The notes: generated by a model from the letters alone, not told the origin. A DNA stretch of 56,920 nucleotides from Candidatus Acetothermia bacterium (GCA_022684035.1 JAJHSB010000033.1:1-56920); one strand, 5' to 3'. Shown: positions 29,384 through 40,544, numbered from the stretch's first letter. Numbers and translations are program-made.

Positions 29384-30959
29384 CTATCGTCACCTCCTTG
29401 AAAGTTCCGCTGAGCTTAAAGTTAATCAGACTGATCGTCCCGATGATAAGGGCGATAATAATGGAAACAGCAGAAGCGAGGCCGTATTGGATACCCCATC
29501 CGCCGCCACCAAATGCGAGCTTATAGGTATAAGAAATCAAAATATCCGTCGCTCCTGCTGCGCCCGGCATCCCGGGAATGTGCGGACCACCGCCGGTTAG
29601 CAGGAAGACTAACGCAAAATTATTGAAGTTAAATGCGAATGAACCAACGAGTAACGGTGCCAGTGAGACCATGAGTAGCGGAAAGGTTATGCTATGAAAT
29701 CGTTGCCATGGTGAAGCGCCATCGACATAAGCAGCTTCATGGAGTTCATGCGGAATCGACTGTAGCGCTCCCAAAGAGATCGTCATCATGAACGGGAAAC
29801 CGAGCCAGAGATTTACAAGGATCAATGCCGTCCGCGCCAAAAAGGGATCCTGAAACCACGGGATTCTATGCCCGATCAACTGGTTGATGATACCTACCTC
29901 GGTGTTAAAGAGACCAGCCCAGATCAAAACAGAGATAAAACCGGGGATGGCCCAGGGAATGATCAATATTGAGCGGTAGAATTTTTTCCCTCCCAAGAGC
30001 GGATCGTTAAAGGTAAGTGCAAGAAAGAGACCGAGCGCAAAGGTAGTGACAACGCTGAGGCCAGCAAAGAGAAATGTCCAGTAAAAGACTCGGAAGAATG
30101 GACGAGAGATCGCAGGATTGTGCAGTATCTCCCGGAAATGACGCCATCCGATATCAGCTTTGAATCCTGGCGTGAGTCTCTCTCCAGCAGCGGAAGTGAA
30201 AATACCATATTGCGGTCGATAGATCGTTCCAGTCTTCAGATCGATCATTACTTCTTCTATAGGGTCATAGCGGAATCGCTGGTGAAAGCGCGTAAACTCC
30301 GCCGGCGAAGTCATCTTGACAATATACTCATCCTTTGATAGCCTAAGTCTTTCTAAGGCGGCTAAATTCCTGAATATCTCCATCCGTGTCAAGCGACGGT
30401 AGCCATCAAACCGGTCGATTAGTCCGTCGTTATTATCATCGATAAAGCGTACCTGCGAGAGATCGACAGCGATCAATTGCTCAGCGTCAGAGATGAATGA
30501 GTCGCCATCAATAGTAGTCAGAATGACACGCAAAGCGCCTGCTTCATTTTGAAATGCCTGAAAGGTGTAACGCACGGGGTCTTGCGGCCGGTAGTAACGA
30601 CCTTCCAAGACCTCGATCGCGCGTCTTTTGGTGAGAAAATGGCCCGTTCCAAAGTTAGTGAATGCGATGCGCACAGTGTACACAAGCGGAAAGATGACCA
30701 TCGCGACGAAGAAGATCAACCCTGGCAGAATATAGCGGAAAGGATAAGCGCGACGATTCAAGAAGACAAAATTAATGCACAATACACCCGCTGCCAGCGC
30801 TCCGACCAGCCAATACTCTTCCATACCGATCAGGATGATCATTGCCCATAGAGCAACTGCCGACATCCCCGATAAGAGGATGATCTTTAATATCAGCGGA
30901 TATAGATTATCATTTCTCATCTCTCTCTGCGGGCCGGTTATAAGATAACCGACCCGCAA
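29376..30959 (-). CDS. malF: Maltose/maltodextrin ABC permease MalF with P2 loop
   Basis: IAFTN, large periplasmic loop, PWAIP, NLWLGFP, EAAYVDGA, FAFNFNNF, GATDILISY. Confidence 0.92.
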   Translation of the reverse strand: MRVGYLITGPQREMRNDNLYPLILKIILLSGMSAVALWAMIILIGMEEYWLVGALAAGVLCINFVFLNRRAYPFRYILPGLIFFVAMVIFPLVYTVRIAFTNFGTGHFLTKRRAIEVLEGRYYRPQDPVRYTFQAFQNEAGALRVILTTIDGDSFISDAEQLIAVDLSQVRFIDDNNDGLIDRFDGYRRLTRMEIFRNLAALERLRLSKDEYIVKMTSPAEFTRFHQRFRYDPIEEVMIDLKTGTIYRPQYGIFTSAAGERLTPGFKADIGWRHFREILHNPAISRPFFRVFYWTFLFAGLSVVTTFALGLFLALTFNDPLLGGKKFYRSILIIPWAIPGFISVLIWAGLFNTEVGIINQLIGHRIPWFQDPFLARTALILVNLWLGFPFMMTISLGALQSIPHELHEAAYVDGASPWQRFHSITFPLLMVSLAPLLVGSFAFNFNNFALVFLLTGGGPHIPGMPGAAGATDILISYTYKLAFGGGGWGIQYGLASAVSIIIALIIGTISLINFKLSGTFKEVTIDV

Positions 30960-30971
30960 CCTTCACCTCCG

Positions 30972-32177
30972 TTAATACCTAATGAGTCCTTTTATCGCTT
31001 CTACCGCGGCTGTCAGCGCCTCTGCCGGTGACAGTTCCGTAGTAATGATATGGCCAAGTGCCGCTCCCATAACGGCCCAGACTGCTCCCATCTCAGGGAT
31101 ATTCGGCATTGGAATGCCGTCAGCTGCGCTCAATCCGATAGCCTTTACATCTGGATCAGCCTGCACCTCAGGAGAGAGGAAAGCCGGTAAGAAAGTGGGA
31201 ATCCGTGGGTCGGCCCGCCAGATCTGTAGTTGAATTTCCTTTGTGAAAACGTATGTTCTGAGGAAATAGTTAGCGATAACTATATTCCTGCTGAGAGAGT
31301 TAATCATAAATCCGTGCACGCCGACGAACGGTCGCATCACATTATTGTCGATCGTGGGGAGCTTGGCGATACCGTAATCGATCCCCGCGGCACGCACATC
31401 ACTGATGAACCACGGGCCATTGATGATCATCGCAGCTCTACCAGCGGTAAATAGACCAGCCATTACCCCATAGTCAACCCCAGGGAAGATTATCCTCTCT
31501 TTCACTAATCGGAGTATAAGTTCTCCGCCGCGGATCGCTCCTTCATTGGCTAGACCGATATCACGCGGATTGAGCGCGCCATATTCGTCAACACCAAATA
31601 CGTAGCCACCAGAGGCGCTCAAGAAAGGGAATGTGAAATAGAAGTTAGCCGCATCCCACAAGAAACCGTATTTACCGACTTCTGGGTCGGTCAACTTCCG
31701 CGCGATTGTGATCAACTCTTCAAAGGTAGTTGGTGGTACTGGAACTAACGCCCGGTTGTAAAAGAGAGCTACAGCCTCCATGATGTACGGAAAGCCGAAA
31801 AGTTCTCCTCCCCAAGAAAAGGCGTTGATGCCAACAGGCGATAAGAGTTCCTTTTCTTCCGGTTTGAGGTGAATCTGGGCGAGAAGGCCGGCTGCGGTCA
31901 ACTCGCCGACCCAGTCGTGTGCTCCGATCAGTATATCCGGCCCTTCGCCAGCCGGCGCAGCGATAAGGAACTTAGGTTTGAGCTCGCCAAACCCGATTTC
32001 ATGGACGATTACTTGAATGCCATATGCGGCTGCGAATTCTGCCGCAATAGGCTCCAGTATTTGTGCCCGTGTCCCATCGGCCCAGATAGTGAGCACCCCA
32101 GGCACACTCGCTCCTACTGTGCCGGTGATACCGACAAGTAAGATAAAACTTAGTAATAATGTAATAAACTTTTTCAT
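30972..32177 (-). CDS. malE: Maltose/maltodextrin-binding protein
   Basis: Signal peptide; GPDILIGAHDWVG, EAVALFYN, INGPW, MPNIPEMGAVW. Confidence 0.92.
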   Translation of the reverse strand: MKKFITLLLSFILLVGITGTVGASVPGVLTIWADGTRAQILEPIAAEFAAAYGIQVIVHEIGFGELKPKFLIAAPAGEGPDILIGAHDWVGELTAAGLLAQIHLKPEEKELLSPVGINAFSWGGELFGFPYIMEAVALFYNRALVPVPPTTFEELITIARKLTDPEVGKYGFLWDAANFYFTFPFLSASGGYVFGVDEYGALNPRDIGLANEGAIRGGELILRLVKERIIFPGVDYGVMAGLFTAGRAAMIINGPWFISDVRAAGIDYGIAKLPTIDNNVMRPFVGVHGFMINSLSRNIVIANYFLRTYVFTKEIQLQIWRADPRIPTFLPAFLSPEVQADPDVKAIGLSAADGIPMPNIPEMGAVWAVMGAALGHIITTELSPAEALTAAVEAIKGLIRY

Positions 32178-32264
32178 TCAAACTACCTCCTGTTGTAGTG
32201 TTGTAGTGTTATCTGCAAAATTTTCTTGCTGATTTATTCTTGCTGATTTATTACATCACCTCCG

Positions 32265-35200
32265 TTATTCTATGATAATCGGCACGAGGACAGCGAACGT
32301 TCTCGCCACAACATCAAATCCGGACAGAATATCTTCTTGCGAATATCCCTCTGGTGCTAAATAGTCGAAGACGAGCGGGGCAACGGGCGGAGCAGGGTTC
32401 CCTCCGCCGATCCACTCTCCGGCAGTGCGGGCCACCGGTCGTATATGATCTGGCCCGAAGCCGTCTTGTGAGGCGATCATCACGTAATGAGCCCCGCGGA
32501 TCTCCGGCAGCAACTCTTTCGGAATCCGCACCAATACCAGTCGCCGCGCTGGATCAGCGGAGACATCGATCAGGTGCATCTCATCATATGCAGTAAACAA
32601 GTGCCGGCCATATTCGGGCCAGCCCGCCACCTTGATAAAGAGATCCCATGGATGGTCGGGGTGAAATCTGACCTGCATTGCATCTCCCTCTGGGTGTGCC
32701 TCGGTCAAACCGCCCGGCTGCACGTCAAAATAAAGGTTAATGATCGGATGGCTGAATCCGTGTGGTCCGCCCCATGGGTTGGGGAGTGCGGCAAATTCGA
32801 AGGCGAGGAGCCATTTATCTCCCTGATCGAAGATTGTGTAGCTCAACAGGTCGAAGAGTCCTTCAACGTCGAATACACCCGCGGTCGGATAGACAAAGGT
32901 TCCCATGCCGTGATCATCGCCGACTGGATCGGTAAACGAAGCGATTACCTCACTGCCGACCAGGGCTGGGAGACGTGCAATCACCGGCCGCAGCGGCGCG
33001 GTGCCGACTATCTTGCCTGCTTTCTCCATTGCAAGTCGCATCCAGACGGTCAACTCTTCGGTCCGGTCGAGCCCTAGTTCCGCAAATGGGACCTGGATCT
33101 CGATCGTCTCATCGACGCGGACGATGCGCTTTAAGAGCAACCGGATATCGCTGTCAAACCGCCAGCCTTCCATGCCGTCGGCGACGAACCTAAACACGTA
33201 TCCGCGACCGTCCGGTCGGATGTGATCGAACCGCGCTTGCACGAGTTGAATAAGCGGAAAGCCGAGTTCCTCCCCTGCAAACCGTGTGCGGGCGTTGATC
33301 GGTGTGCCCGGATTAGCCCCGGTGTGAAAACCGATATACAGGACGAGGCGGTATTCCTCTCCGATCAGCTCAGTCGGCAGAAGAACGGTGTTGACCCGCA
33401 GATAGAGGTTATGCGTGCCATAACCGATGAAAGCTTGTTCCATTAAGCCTTCACCAGTAAACCTGGCTGCCTTCTCCCATTCACCTATCTCGGCTGTCCC
33501 GTCGATCATCGGACTTACTTCACCTAATGGAGAGAAGATCGGACTGACCCGTGTGAGCGGAAGGAGACCGGGTGTAACTTCTATTACATTCGAATGTGCG
33601 CGATTGAATGAGCGGTCGACTGTGATAACCTGGTAGCGGTATCTCTGCCCGTGCGCGACTCTCTGATCGAGAAATGAGGTCGCGCCAGCTGCAAGTCGCG
33701 TCAACTCCTCCCATGGTCGATCGCCGCGCTGGCGAAGGACCTGGAGATGATCGATCCCTGCTCTGTCCGGAATCTCCCACTGTAATACGACGAAGCTTGG
33801 CGTATCGAGTCGGTGAAGAGTCGTTGCCGGATCAAGGTGCGGGGCCGCGGGCGGAGTGAGATCATCAGTCGGGATGACAGTGAACCACGGCAAGGTACCG
33901 TCCGGATAAGTAGCGATTCTCCAGCTCATCCCATCATTGGTGGAAAAGCGGAGCGAGACGAACCATTTGCCGAGCTGCTCCGGTACGAACCGGCCAACAT
34001 ATATATCGACTTTATCCTGATCCTCGCTGTAGTCGGCCTCGATCCAGACCCAGGTTGTGGGGTCAGGATCCTGGCCGAAGCCAAATTGAGCGCTGATCCC
34101 TTTACCGCGACCGGGAAGGTCAGTCACCCCTGTCATATAGACTGCAACGACCACCGGCTCGATTTTGCGTCCCACGCTGATTATATGTTCCTCTCCAAGA
34201 AGATCAAATGGAAGAATTGTTATCCGGTCGAGCGGCAGCGAAGGAACTGCTGCCACATGACCAGAGAAAGGACTCTCATTGCCGGCTTTATCGACGGCGG
34301 TAACAGTGTAAAAGTAGCGTCTTAGATTTTCGACCCCAAGGTCGGTAAAGCTTGTCCCAATCAAACCAGTGGCGATCCGCTCATAATGGCCGCCGATGAT
34401 CGTCGTGCGATAGACGTTGTAGAAAAGAGCATCCGCGACCGGTTCCCACGTGAGTTCCACCCGTCGATCATGCGAGACGGCAACAAGGTCACTCGGCGGT
34501 TCCGGTGGAAGGAGATCCTGCGGGCCGTGACGCGCGATTAAGATCGCACCCCACCAAGGCGGTAGATCGAGGGTAATCCCTCCATCTACGACCACATACT
34601 CCTGGCCGTTGTTCAGCAGATCGACAAAGAGAGCGCCGTCACGCACAAATTGAGATAGATCAAGGCGTAACCCCATCTCTCCGGTTCGGCTGATCGCGAC
34701 GATTGCCAGTGCGTTCTGCTCCGCGATCCTGATCATCTCACCAGTATGATAGTTGATCGTATACTCGCTCCTGCCGAGCGCATCGGTATCACCGAGTATC
34801 CGCCGGCCAATAACATAAGTTCTGCCCTGTGCATGCAGAGTGATAAGATTGCCTATCCGTAGAACCGGGTTTTCATTGCGGATCGCAGCGAGCCTGCGAT
34901 AGTGATTAAGCAGCACGTTCTCTTCGGTAACCCGTTCCCATGGGAAGGTACGGCGGCAGTCGGGGTCGCGATGCCCAGGCAAGCCGACTTCGGTTCCGTA
35001 GTAGATCGTCGGTGATCCGGGATAGCTAAACTTGAATATCGCCATCATCTTCACCCGCGCCAGTGCGAGTGCGTTCGCGGCCTCAATCTCTTCTCGTCTC
35101 ATCCTTGCAACTCGCTCGCGGTCGGCGAACGTATCGATTTCAACATAGCCGAACGTCTTCAAGATACGCTCTGTATCATGCGATTCGATTAGGTTCATCA

Positions 35201-36866
35201 TCACGTAGAACGCTTCGGCCGGGTAATCCTCATAAATCTCAGTCAGGGTACGGTCAAAGTGATAGGCGTCCCCATGTAGGACGAACTCAATCACCGCATT
35301 GCGGAAGCGGTAGTTCATCGTTGAGTCGAATGTATCACCGAGCAGATCAAGAGTAGCATCATGCCAGTTTTCAGCGATCATAATCGGCATGCCATGCGGG
35401 AAGCACATATTCCTTATGTAGGTGCGAAACTCAGCCCAGAAGTCATGCGCCACGTCCGGAGAGACATCGAGCCGCCAGCCGCTCGATCCGTATCTTATCC
35501 ATTGCCGGGCAATCGAATTCTCAGCGCGGATGGTATAATCGGCGAACGATGTCAGGTTGAGCTCGCTCCCGCCTGGGGCGCTTATTACCGGCATGCTCTC
35601 TAATCCCCACCAGCCCGGATAGTCGTGCCTCTCTGCACCATAGACCCCGACCCCGCCGACGTTCACCACCCGGTTTCTCACCTCAAACCACTCGGTGAAC
35701 GTAAAATCAGTCAGGCCCTGGGTGATGAACTCATTCTGCACTCGTTCTTTGGCAGCAGCTTGTGAGAGCCCTTCCGCGGCCATCAGATTAAAGACCGCTG
35801 ACCAATATTCGTACGCCCCGATATACTCCGGCCATCTGCGGTAACGGTCAAAGTAGCGCGAATCATCGCCGACGTGGTTAAACGAGGCGTCGAGGATCAG
35901 GTGGATGCCACGTTCTCGTGCTCGGCGCGCCAGCTCCTTGAAGAGGGCGTTGTCACCGAATGCGCGGTCGATATTCCGATAGTCACCATGGTCGAACTTG
36001 TGGTTACTCGCTGCCTCGAAGATCGGGTTAAGGTATATTACCCCTACTCCCAGTTTTGATAGATAGTCGAGCTGGGCAATCACTCCGGCCAGATCACCAC
36101 CAAAGAAGTCGTTATTCCAGATTCCGTCACCGTCGTAGGCCGGGTTTACACCCTTTTCGCGCGGATTATCGGGCAATTGCCCCCACTCCCGATGCTCAAG
36201 TGGGGTGCCGCCGCGGAAGCCGCGTTTATCTGCTGCCTGGTTGTTCGTCGGATCACCGTCGTAGAACCGGTCGAGGAAGATCTGATAGGTGATCGCATTC
36301 TTCATCCAGTCCGGGGTGCGGAAATACCGGCAGTAGATCGTCAACTGAAAGTCATCAGGGTTGCGCAAGACCACACGACCTGTGCCTCCGTCTTGACCTG
36401 GATCACCATAATAGACCGTCTTATCGCTACCTTTAATGATGAAGTGGTACCAGAGGACTGTCGGCGTTTCAGAAATGAGTCTGACCTCCCAGTAGTCGTA
36501 GCGCCGATCAGGCGAGTGGCCGACGATCTCCATCCCGCGTATCTTTCTGATCCGCTGCGTGTGATCCCAATAGGAGATGGTGACCGCTTCTGCATCGCCA
36601 GTTCCAACGCGAATCCGCAGCCGGATCTCTGTGCCGGTCGGCACAGCGCCGAACGGATACCGGAATAGTAAATTATGTGTGTTGTGCTCAATGAGCGCGG
36701 TCCGAATCTGGGCCGTACCAGCCAAACCAGCGATAAGAACGAAGATCAATGCCCCGATGAGTCCGAGGAGAGAGATAATCCGATAATGATTTGATTTAGA
36801 AAGACGTGCGTGTAATTTCGATTGATCCAATTCTGGCATTTGTCTACCTCCTGATGAACAATTCAT
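32265..36866 (-). CDS. Secreted/membrane-anchored amylopullulanase (GH13 + FN3 + glucodextranase DOMON-like domains)
   Basis: N-terminal hydrophobic segment; YQIFLDRF, DASFNH, GWRLDV, ENW, ESHD; FN3 repeats; C-terminal DPVGDDHG..Y.YP, NPWGGPHGFS. Alternative start 36839. Confidence 0.88.
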   Translation of the reverse strand: MNCSSGGRQMPELDQSKLHARLSKSNHYRIISLLGLIGALIFVLIAGLAGTAQIRTALIEHNTHNLLFRYPFGAVPTGTEIRLRIRVGTGDAEAVTISYWDHTQRIRKIRGMEIVGHSPDRRYDYWEVRLISETPTVLWYHFIIKGSDKTVYYGDPGQDGGTGRVVLRNPDDFQLTIYCRYFRTPDWMKNAITYQIFLDRFYDGDPTNNQAADKRGFRGGTPLEHREWGQLPDNPREKGVNPAYDGDGIWNNDFFGGDLAGVIAQLDYLSKLGVGVIYLNPIFEAASNHKFDHGDYRNIDRAFGDNALFKELARRARERGIHLILDASFNHVGDDSRYFDRYRRWPEYIGAYEYWSAVFNLMAAEGLSQAAAKERVQNEFITQGLTDFTFTEWFEVRNRVVNVGGVGVYGAERHDYPGWWGLESMPVISAPGGSELNLTSFADYTIRAENSIARQWIRYGSSGWRLDVSPDVAHDFWAEFRTYIRNMCFPHGMPIMIAENWHDATLDLLGDTFDSTMNYRFRNAVIEFVLHGDAYHFDRTLTEIYEDYPAEAFYVMMNLIESHDTERILKTFGYVEIDTFADRERVARMRREEIEAANALALARVKMMAIFKFSYPGSPTIYYGTEVGLPGHRDPDCRRTFPWERVTEENVLLNHYRRLAAIRNENPVLRIGNLITLHAQGRTYVIGRRILGDTDALGRSEYTINYHTGEMIRIAEQNALAIVAISRTGEMGLRLDLSQFVRDGALFVDLLNNGQEYVVVDGGITLDLPPWWGAILIARHGPQDLLPPEPPSDLVAVSHDRRVELTWEPVADALFYNVYRTTIIGGHYERIATGLIGTSFTDLGVENLRRYFYTVTAVDKAGNESPFSGHVAAVPSLPLDRITILPFDLLGEEHIISVGRKIEPVVVAVYMTGVTDLPGRGKGISAQFGFGQDPDPTTWVWIEADYSEDQDKVDIYVGRFVPEQLGKWFVSLRFSTNDGMSWRIATYPDGTLPWFTVIPTDDLTPPAAPHLDPATTLHRLDTPSFVVLQWEIPDRAGIDHLQVLRQRGDRPWEELTRLAAGATSFLDQRVAHGQRYRYQVITVDRSFNRAHSNVIEVTPGLLPLTRVSPIFSPLGEVSPMIDGTAEIGEWEKAARFTGEGLMEQAFIGYGTHNLYLRVNTVLLPTELIGEEYRLVLYIGFHTGANPGTPINARTRFAGEELGFPLIQLVQARFDHIRPDGRGYVFRFVADGMEGWRFDSDIRLLLKRIVRVDETIEIQVPFAELGLDRTEELTVWMRLAMEKAGKIVGTAPLRPVIARLPALVGSEVIASFTDPVGDDHGMGTFVYPTAGVFDVEGLFDLLSYTIFDQGDKWLLAFEFAALPNPWGGPHGFSHPIINLYFDVQPGGLTEAHPEGDAMQVRFHPDHPWDLFIKVAGWPEYGRHLFTAYDEMHLIDVSADPARRLVLVRIPKELLPEIRGAHYVMIASQDGFGPDHIRPVARTAGEWIGGGNPAPPVAPLVFDYLAPEGYSQEDILSGFDVVARTFAVLVPIIIE

Positions 36867-36953
36867 GCTCCCCTCCTTGACCTCACAGGTCCACCGATTA
36901 TGCAGTTACGAAGCGAATAAAGACGAGCAACAGCCCACTTAACTTCTTTTATT

Positions 36954-39170
36954 TCATCGGCATCCCTCTGTGATCACGAGTGTAAAATCCTCCTGCGTCG
37001 GTTCGACGACTATCCGTTGATAACCCTCTTTCGTCATAACTTCTCGAATTATGGCTCTTTCTGCTGTGATCTGTAAATCTCTGCCTCCGCATGCTGCAAT
37101 GGCGTACCGATGAAGCGGCGGAACATGGAATGTAGCCGTCATTCCACCGGTTAATAGTTCACGGATATCTCTTATCCGTGCCGCAGGCAGAGTGACGTAT
37201 TTGTCGATAAAGCCAAGCAATGCGACTCCACCCACACGCGGAGGAAGGATGTAATAGGCGATCCCAGCCGGCGGCAGAGAACCGCATACGCGATCGACCA
37301 TCGTTTCAGCAAAGTAATCGTAGATCAGCCGGTCGTCGTCGCAAATCATGTCGATATCAACTATGTATTCCTGGTCCTTCTCTCCCACGTTGCAGATCAA
37401 CAGATAAATGGTGCTCAGATTAGCGCTCCGACTCTCGGTGTAGGTCACCAGCAGGTCACCAAAGATCGTTGATGGCACGACAAATGGTGGATGATCGGCT
37501 TTGGCCAATATCCCATCAGGGAAGACGAGGCGGTTAACGATCTCTTTGTCAACTTCTCCTATCTTATCACCGATCCCTACCGGTCCGGTAGAGAGAGCAC
37601 GTAAGAGCGCTTCCTCAGCGGCCTGCGGCTCGGCAAACCCTTCTGGATGGTGCCGGTTGGTGATGAACAGGTCATAGAACGGATAAAGGCCCAAGCCCCA
37701 GCAGAACATTCCCACCAGAAGATTCTGTTTGATGAATTCCCGTTTCGCCGTTGATTCGCGACTAAAACCGTCTAAGTTGCGATCGGCTAAATCCGCTAAT
37801 TGTCCTGCTTGTCCAAACAGGTAATCAGTGAACGAGCGCACTGCAATAATGTTCGGTTGCTGCGTGGAAGCTAAATTCATCCCCATCGTCTCCATGCACA
37901 GAAGCATGGAAAGCGATTCACTTGAGAAAGCCTGTGCTATTTCGGAGAACCATTCTTCGGCTGCTTGCGGATCGCAGCGGAGCTTCGCCGTCAGATGCTG
38001 CTGAGTACGCAACCAATCGTGCCAGGCAGTGATCCCCCCTTCTTCTGTCAGTTGAGCGGCGATCCGGCGGTAAATCTGCGAAAAATCTCCATCTGAACCG
38101 TACTGATGCTCTTTGTCTAAAGCAGAGAGGTGCAACACATAAGGAAGTTTTGTCTCATCACTTACGCTCTTTAACCCACGCGGATACTTCCTCCTCTGCG
38201 GACTGTATGAACGAGCTAAGCCGATGTGATCGAAGTTATACCACAAATCAAGCCCAAAGTAGCTGACCGGGATCTTCTCCATGCGGAAATAAGCAGCTAA
38301 CTCGTGGAGTTTCTCTTCATCGAGCCCGTGGAATATTTCCGCATAGTAGCCGCCATAGGCGTTCCAATGACCGAGGCGTTCGAGAAGAATGTGATCATTT
38401 GTTACAGGTCGCTCTTTGCCCGAGAAGGCGAGGAGAAGGTCGCCAAAGGCGCAGATCGTCGCTGCCAAGCCATCACCGAAGAAGAATATCGTCTTTGTCA
38501 CTGTCCCGCGTAAAAGTTTATCGACCGAACCATGCAAACCGCGGCCGATAGATCCATCAGCAAAGCGTCGCAGTGGACTTGTAATGTAAAAGTTAAACGG
38601 TGCAACGATCAGCACCCGCGGTCGGTCGGCAGTTCTGATATCTCCTTTCTCTGTCCCGTGGAACAAGATGAGTGGAACAAATGGTTTATTGAGCGGAATC
38701 TCTTTGCTGCTGCGTCCGTAGATCGCCTCCGGCCAGTAGCCTCCAGGATAATCATCGCCCGCTCGATCGAGGCCGAAGGTGTAAAGAAGAAAATTCAGAT
38801 CATCAGCAATGTGAAAGGTCGGAGCGTTGAATGTGCTGTCAGAGAAACTATCTTTGCTGTGTAGGCCATGCAGATCTGTCAGTGTCTCTGCCTCAGTGAC
38901 AACAGCAGAAAGATCGTGGTAGACCTTGATAGTAAAGCGGATAATTGGGGTTGGTTCTATATGATAATCAGTCTCATACGCCTGGTAACGGCCGAGTCGA
39001 TCCTCTCCCACATGCTCCTGAAAACTATTCTTATCGGTTCGGCGGCTGTCGAGCCATTTTCCATTTACCGGAAAATAGGCACCGAAATCCGTAATCCATT
39101 TTCGGCCATCACAAACGAGGGCCGGTGATCTTCCATCGTTGATAAATTCCATCAGTTTACGTTGTGGCAT
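36954..39170 (-). CDS. Uncharacterised glycoside hydrolase, GH clan D-like (GH27/31/36)
   Basis: YFGLDLWY, WHDWL, RSFTDY, and ALSTGPVGIGDKIG...DG.L resembling the raffinose-synthase/GH36 AISGGPVYVSD segment; inside sugar operon. Confidence 0.55.
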   Translation of the reverse strand: MPQRKLMEFINDGRSPALVCDGRKWITDFGAYFPVNGKWLDSRRTDKNSFQEHVGEDRLGRYQAYETDYHIEPTPIIRFTIKVYHDLSAVVTEAETLTDLHGLHSKDSFSDSTFNAPTFHIADDLNFLLYTFGLDRAGDDYPGGYWPEAIYGRSSKEIPLNKPFVPLILFHGTEKGDIRTADRPRVLIVAPFNFYITSPLRRFADGSIGRGLHGSVDKLLRGTVTKTIFFFGDGLAATICAFGDLLLAFSGKERPVTNDHILLERLGHWNAYGGYYAEIFHGLDEEKLHELAAYFRMEKIPVSYFGLDLWYNFDHIGLARSYSPQRRKYPRGLKSVSDETKLPYVLHLSALDKEHQYGSDGDFSQIYRRIAAQLTEEGGITAWHDWLRTQQHLTAKLRCDPQAAEEWFSEIAQAFSSESLSMLLCMETMGMNLASTQQPNIIAVRSFTDYLFGQAGQLADLADRNLDGFSRESTAKREFIKQNLLVGMFCWGLGLYPFYDLFITNRHHPEGFAEPQAAEEALLRALSTGPVGIGDKIGEVDKEIVNRLVFPDGILAKADHPPFVVPSTIFGDLLVTYTESRSANLSTIYLLICNVGEKDQEYIVDIDMICDDDRLIYDYFAETMVDRVCGSLPPAGIAYYILPPRVGGVALLGFIDKYVTLPAARIRDIRELLTGGMTATFHVPPLHRYAIAACGGRDLQITAERAIIREVMTKEGYQRIVVEPTQEDFTLVITEGCR

Positions 39171-40365
39171 AAATGATATTCCTTCCCGGCTTTCGACCGG
39201 TATAAAGTGGTGGTTCGAAGATTGCTTGCGTAACTAATGTCCCCGCGCCGATGAGGAATCCTGCTTCGCCCAGTTGCGCTTCAGTGATAATAAGCTCGCG
39301 TGCGACATCAGGAAACGAATGGTGCCGTACCATGTCTGTGAACGCCGGCAAAAAGAAGGGAGAAGCATTCATCCGCTCTCCGCCGAGGATAATCGCCTGC
39401 GGGTTGAGGAGATTGATGATATTCTTCACTCCGATCCCTAAGTTCTCTCCCATCATCACGAAGATATCTTGCGCACATCTATCCCCGTTTGTAGCAGCAG
39501 TGAGTAAATCTTCGATCGAATGAGCGATCCCCTTATCTTGTGCGGTGCGAACGAGGAAGGAATCAGCGGTAACTGCCTCCAAGCAGCCGCGCTCACCGCA
39601 TGCGCAGAGATGACCATCCGGATCGATCATCATGTGCCCGATCTCTCCTGCTCCACCTGCTGAACCGCGATAGAGCTTATTGTCGATCACGACGCCGGAG
39701 CCAATTCCGGTCCCCACAGTTACGCAGACAAAATTCTGATATGGTCGACCAGCGCCGTACCAATGTTCAGCAAGGGTGAGCGAATTCACATCATTGTCCA
39801 ATAACACAGGAACCTTATAAAGCTTTTCCAGCGGTGCAGCGATCGGCACATTACGCCAGTTCAGTACAGGCGAAAAGATCACCACGCCTCGATCCATATC
39901 GATAAACCCCGAGACTCCGATACCGATGCCCAGCAGTCGTCCGGGATTAGGCAACTGTTCCAATCCTCTCTTGAGTACTTTGAGGACTTGTTTGCCAGTG
40001 CTGCCGCGCGGAAAAGCCTCTTCATGGCGTGTTAAGAGCTTACCGCCTAAATCGATTAAGCCGAGTAGAACGCGATCGATTTCGATCTTGATCCCAGCGA
40101 TAAATCCATACTGGGAGTTAAATTCGAATAGCGCGGGACAGCGGCCACCGCTCGATTCTCCTTTACCGTTTTTGTGGATGATTCCCGTATTAAGGAGAAC
40201 ATTGATAATCGCAGTAAGGGTGGGTTGGGTCAGATTAGTATAAGCAGCGATAGCAGCACGGGAAACAGGACCATTCTCGCGGATAAAGTTAACGACGATC
40301 GCCCGGTTGAGATCTTTGATCAACCGCTTGCTTCCTTTGCAGAGATTCTGGTAGCCCATCGCCAC
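39157..40365 (-). CDS. ROK family transcriptional repressor
   Basis: N-terminal HTH (GPVSRA..T.LT), SSGGR, LDNDVN, GEIGH, CACGERGCLE. Confidence 0.93.
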   Translation of the reverse strand: MAMGYQNLCKGSKRLIKDLNRAIVVNFIRENGPVSRAAIAAYTNLTQPTLTAIINVLLNTGIIHKNGKGESSGGRCPALFEFNSQYGFIAGIKIEIDRVLLGLIDLGGKLLTRHEEAFPRGSTGKQVLKVLKRGLEQLPNPGRLLGIGIGVSGFIDMDRGVVIFSPVLNWRNVPIAAPLEKLYKVPVLLDNDVNSLTLAEHWYGAGRPYQNFVCVTVGTGIGSGVVIDNKLYRGSAGGAGEIGHMMIDPDGHLCACGERGCLEAVTADSFLVRTAQDKGIAHSIEDLLTAATNGDRCAQDIFVMMGENLGIGVKNIINLLNPQAIILGGERMNASPFFLPAFTDMVRHHSFPDVARELIITEAQLGEAGFLIGAGTLVTQAIFEPPLYTGRKPGRNIIYATT

Positions 40366-40372
40366 TCACTTC

Positions 40373-40423
40373 CTTAATTCAGTGAACAAAGTTTATTATA
40401 GCATCAATTTCGCTCCATGTCAA
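40373..40423 (-). promoter_or_regulatory. Consensus sigma70 promoter of ROK/maltodextrin operon with downstream palindromic operator
   Basis: TTGACA (40423-40418), 17 bp, TATAAT (40400-40395); imperfect palindrome CTTAATTCA-G-TGAACAAAG at 40373-40391 over the predicted start site. Confidence 0.75.
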
Positions 40424-40544
40424 GTGCCCGCATTGCCTCATCAAAAAAGCACTCCAAATCGTATCGTTGCCTCACGTAGTAAACTGGTTATTGGGATTTG
40501 GTCATTGGGATTTCCAGTTTATCCGGATTAGGTAATTGGTAATG

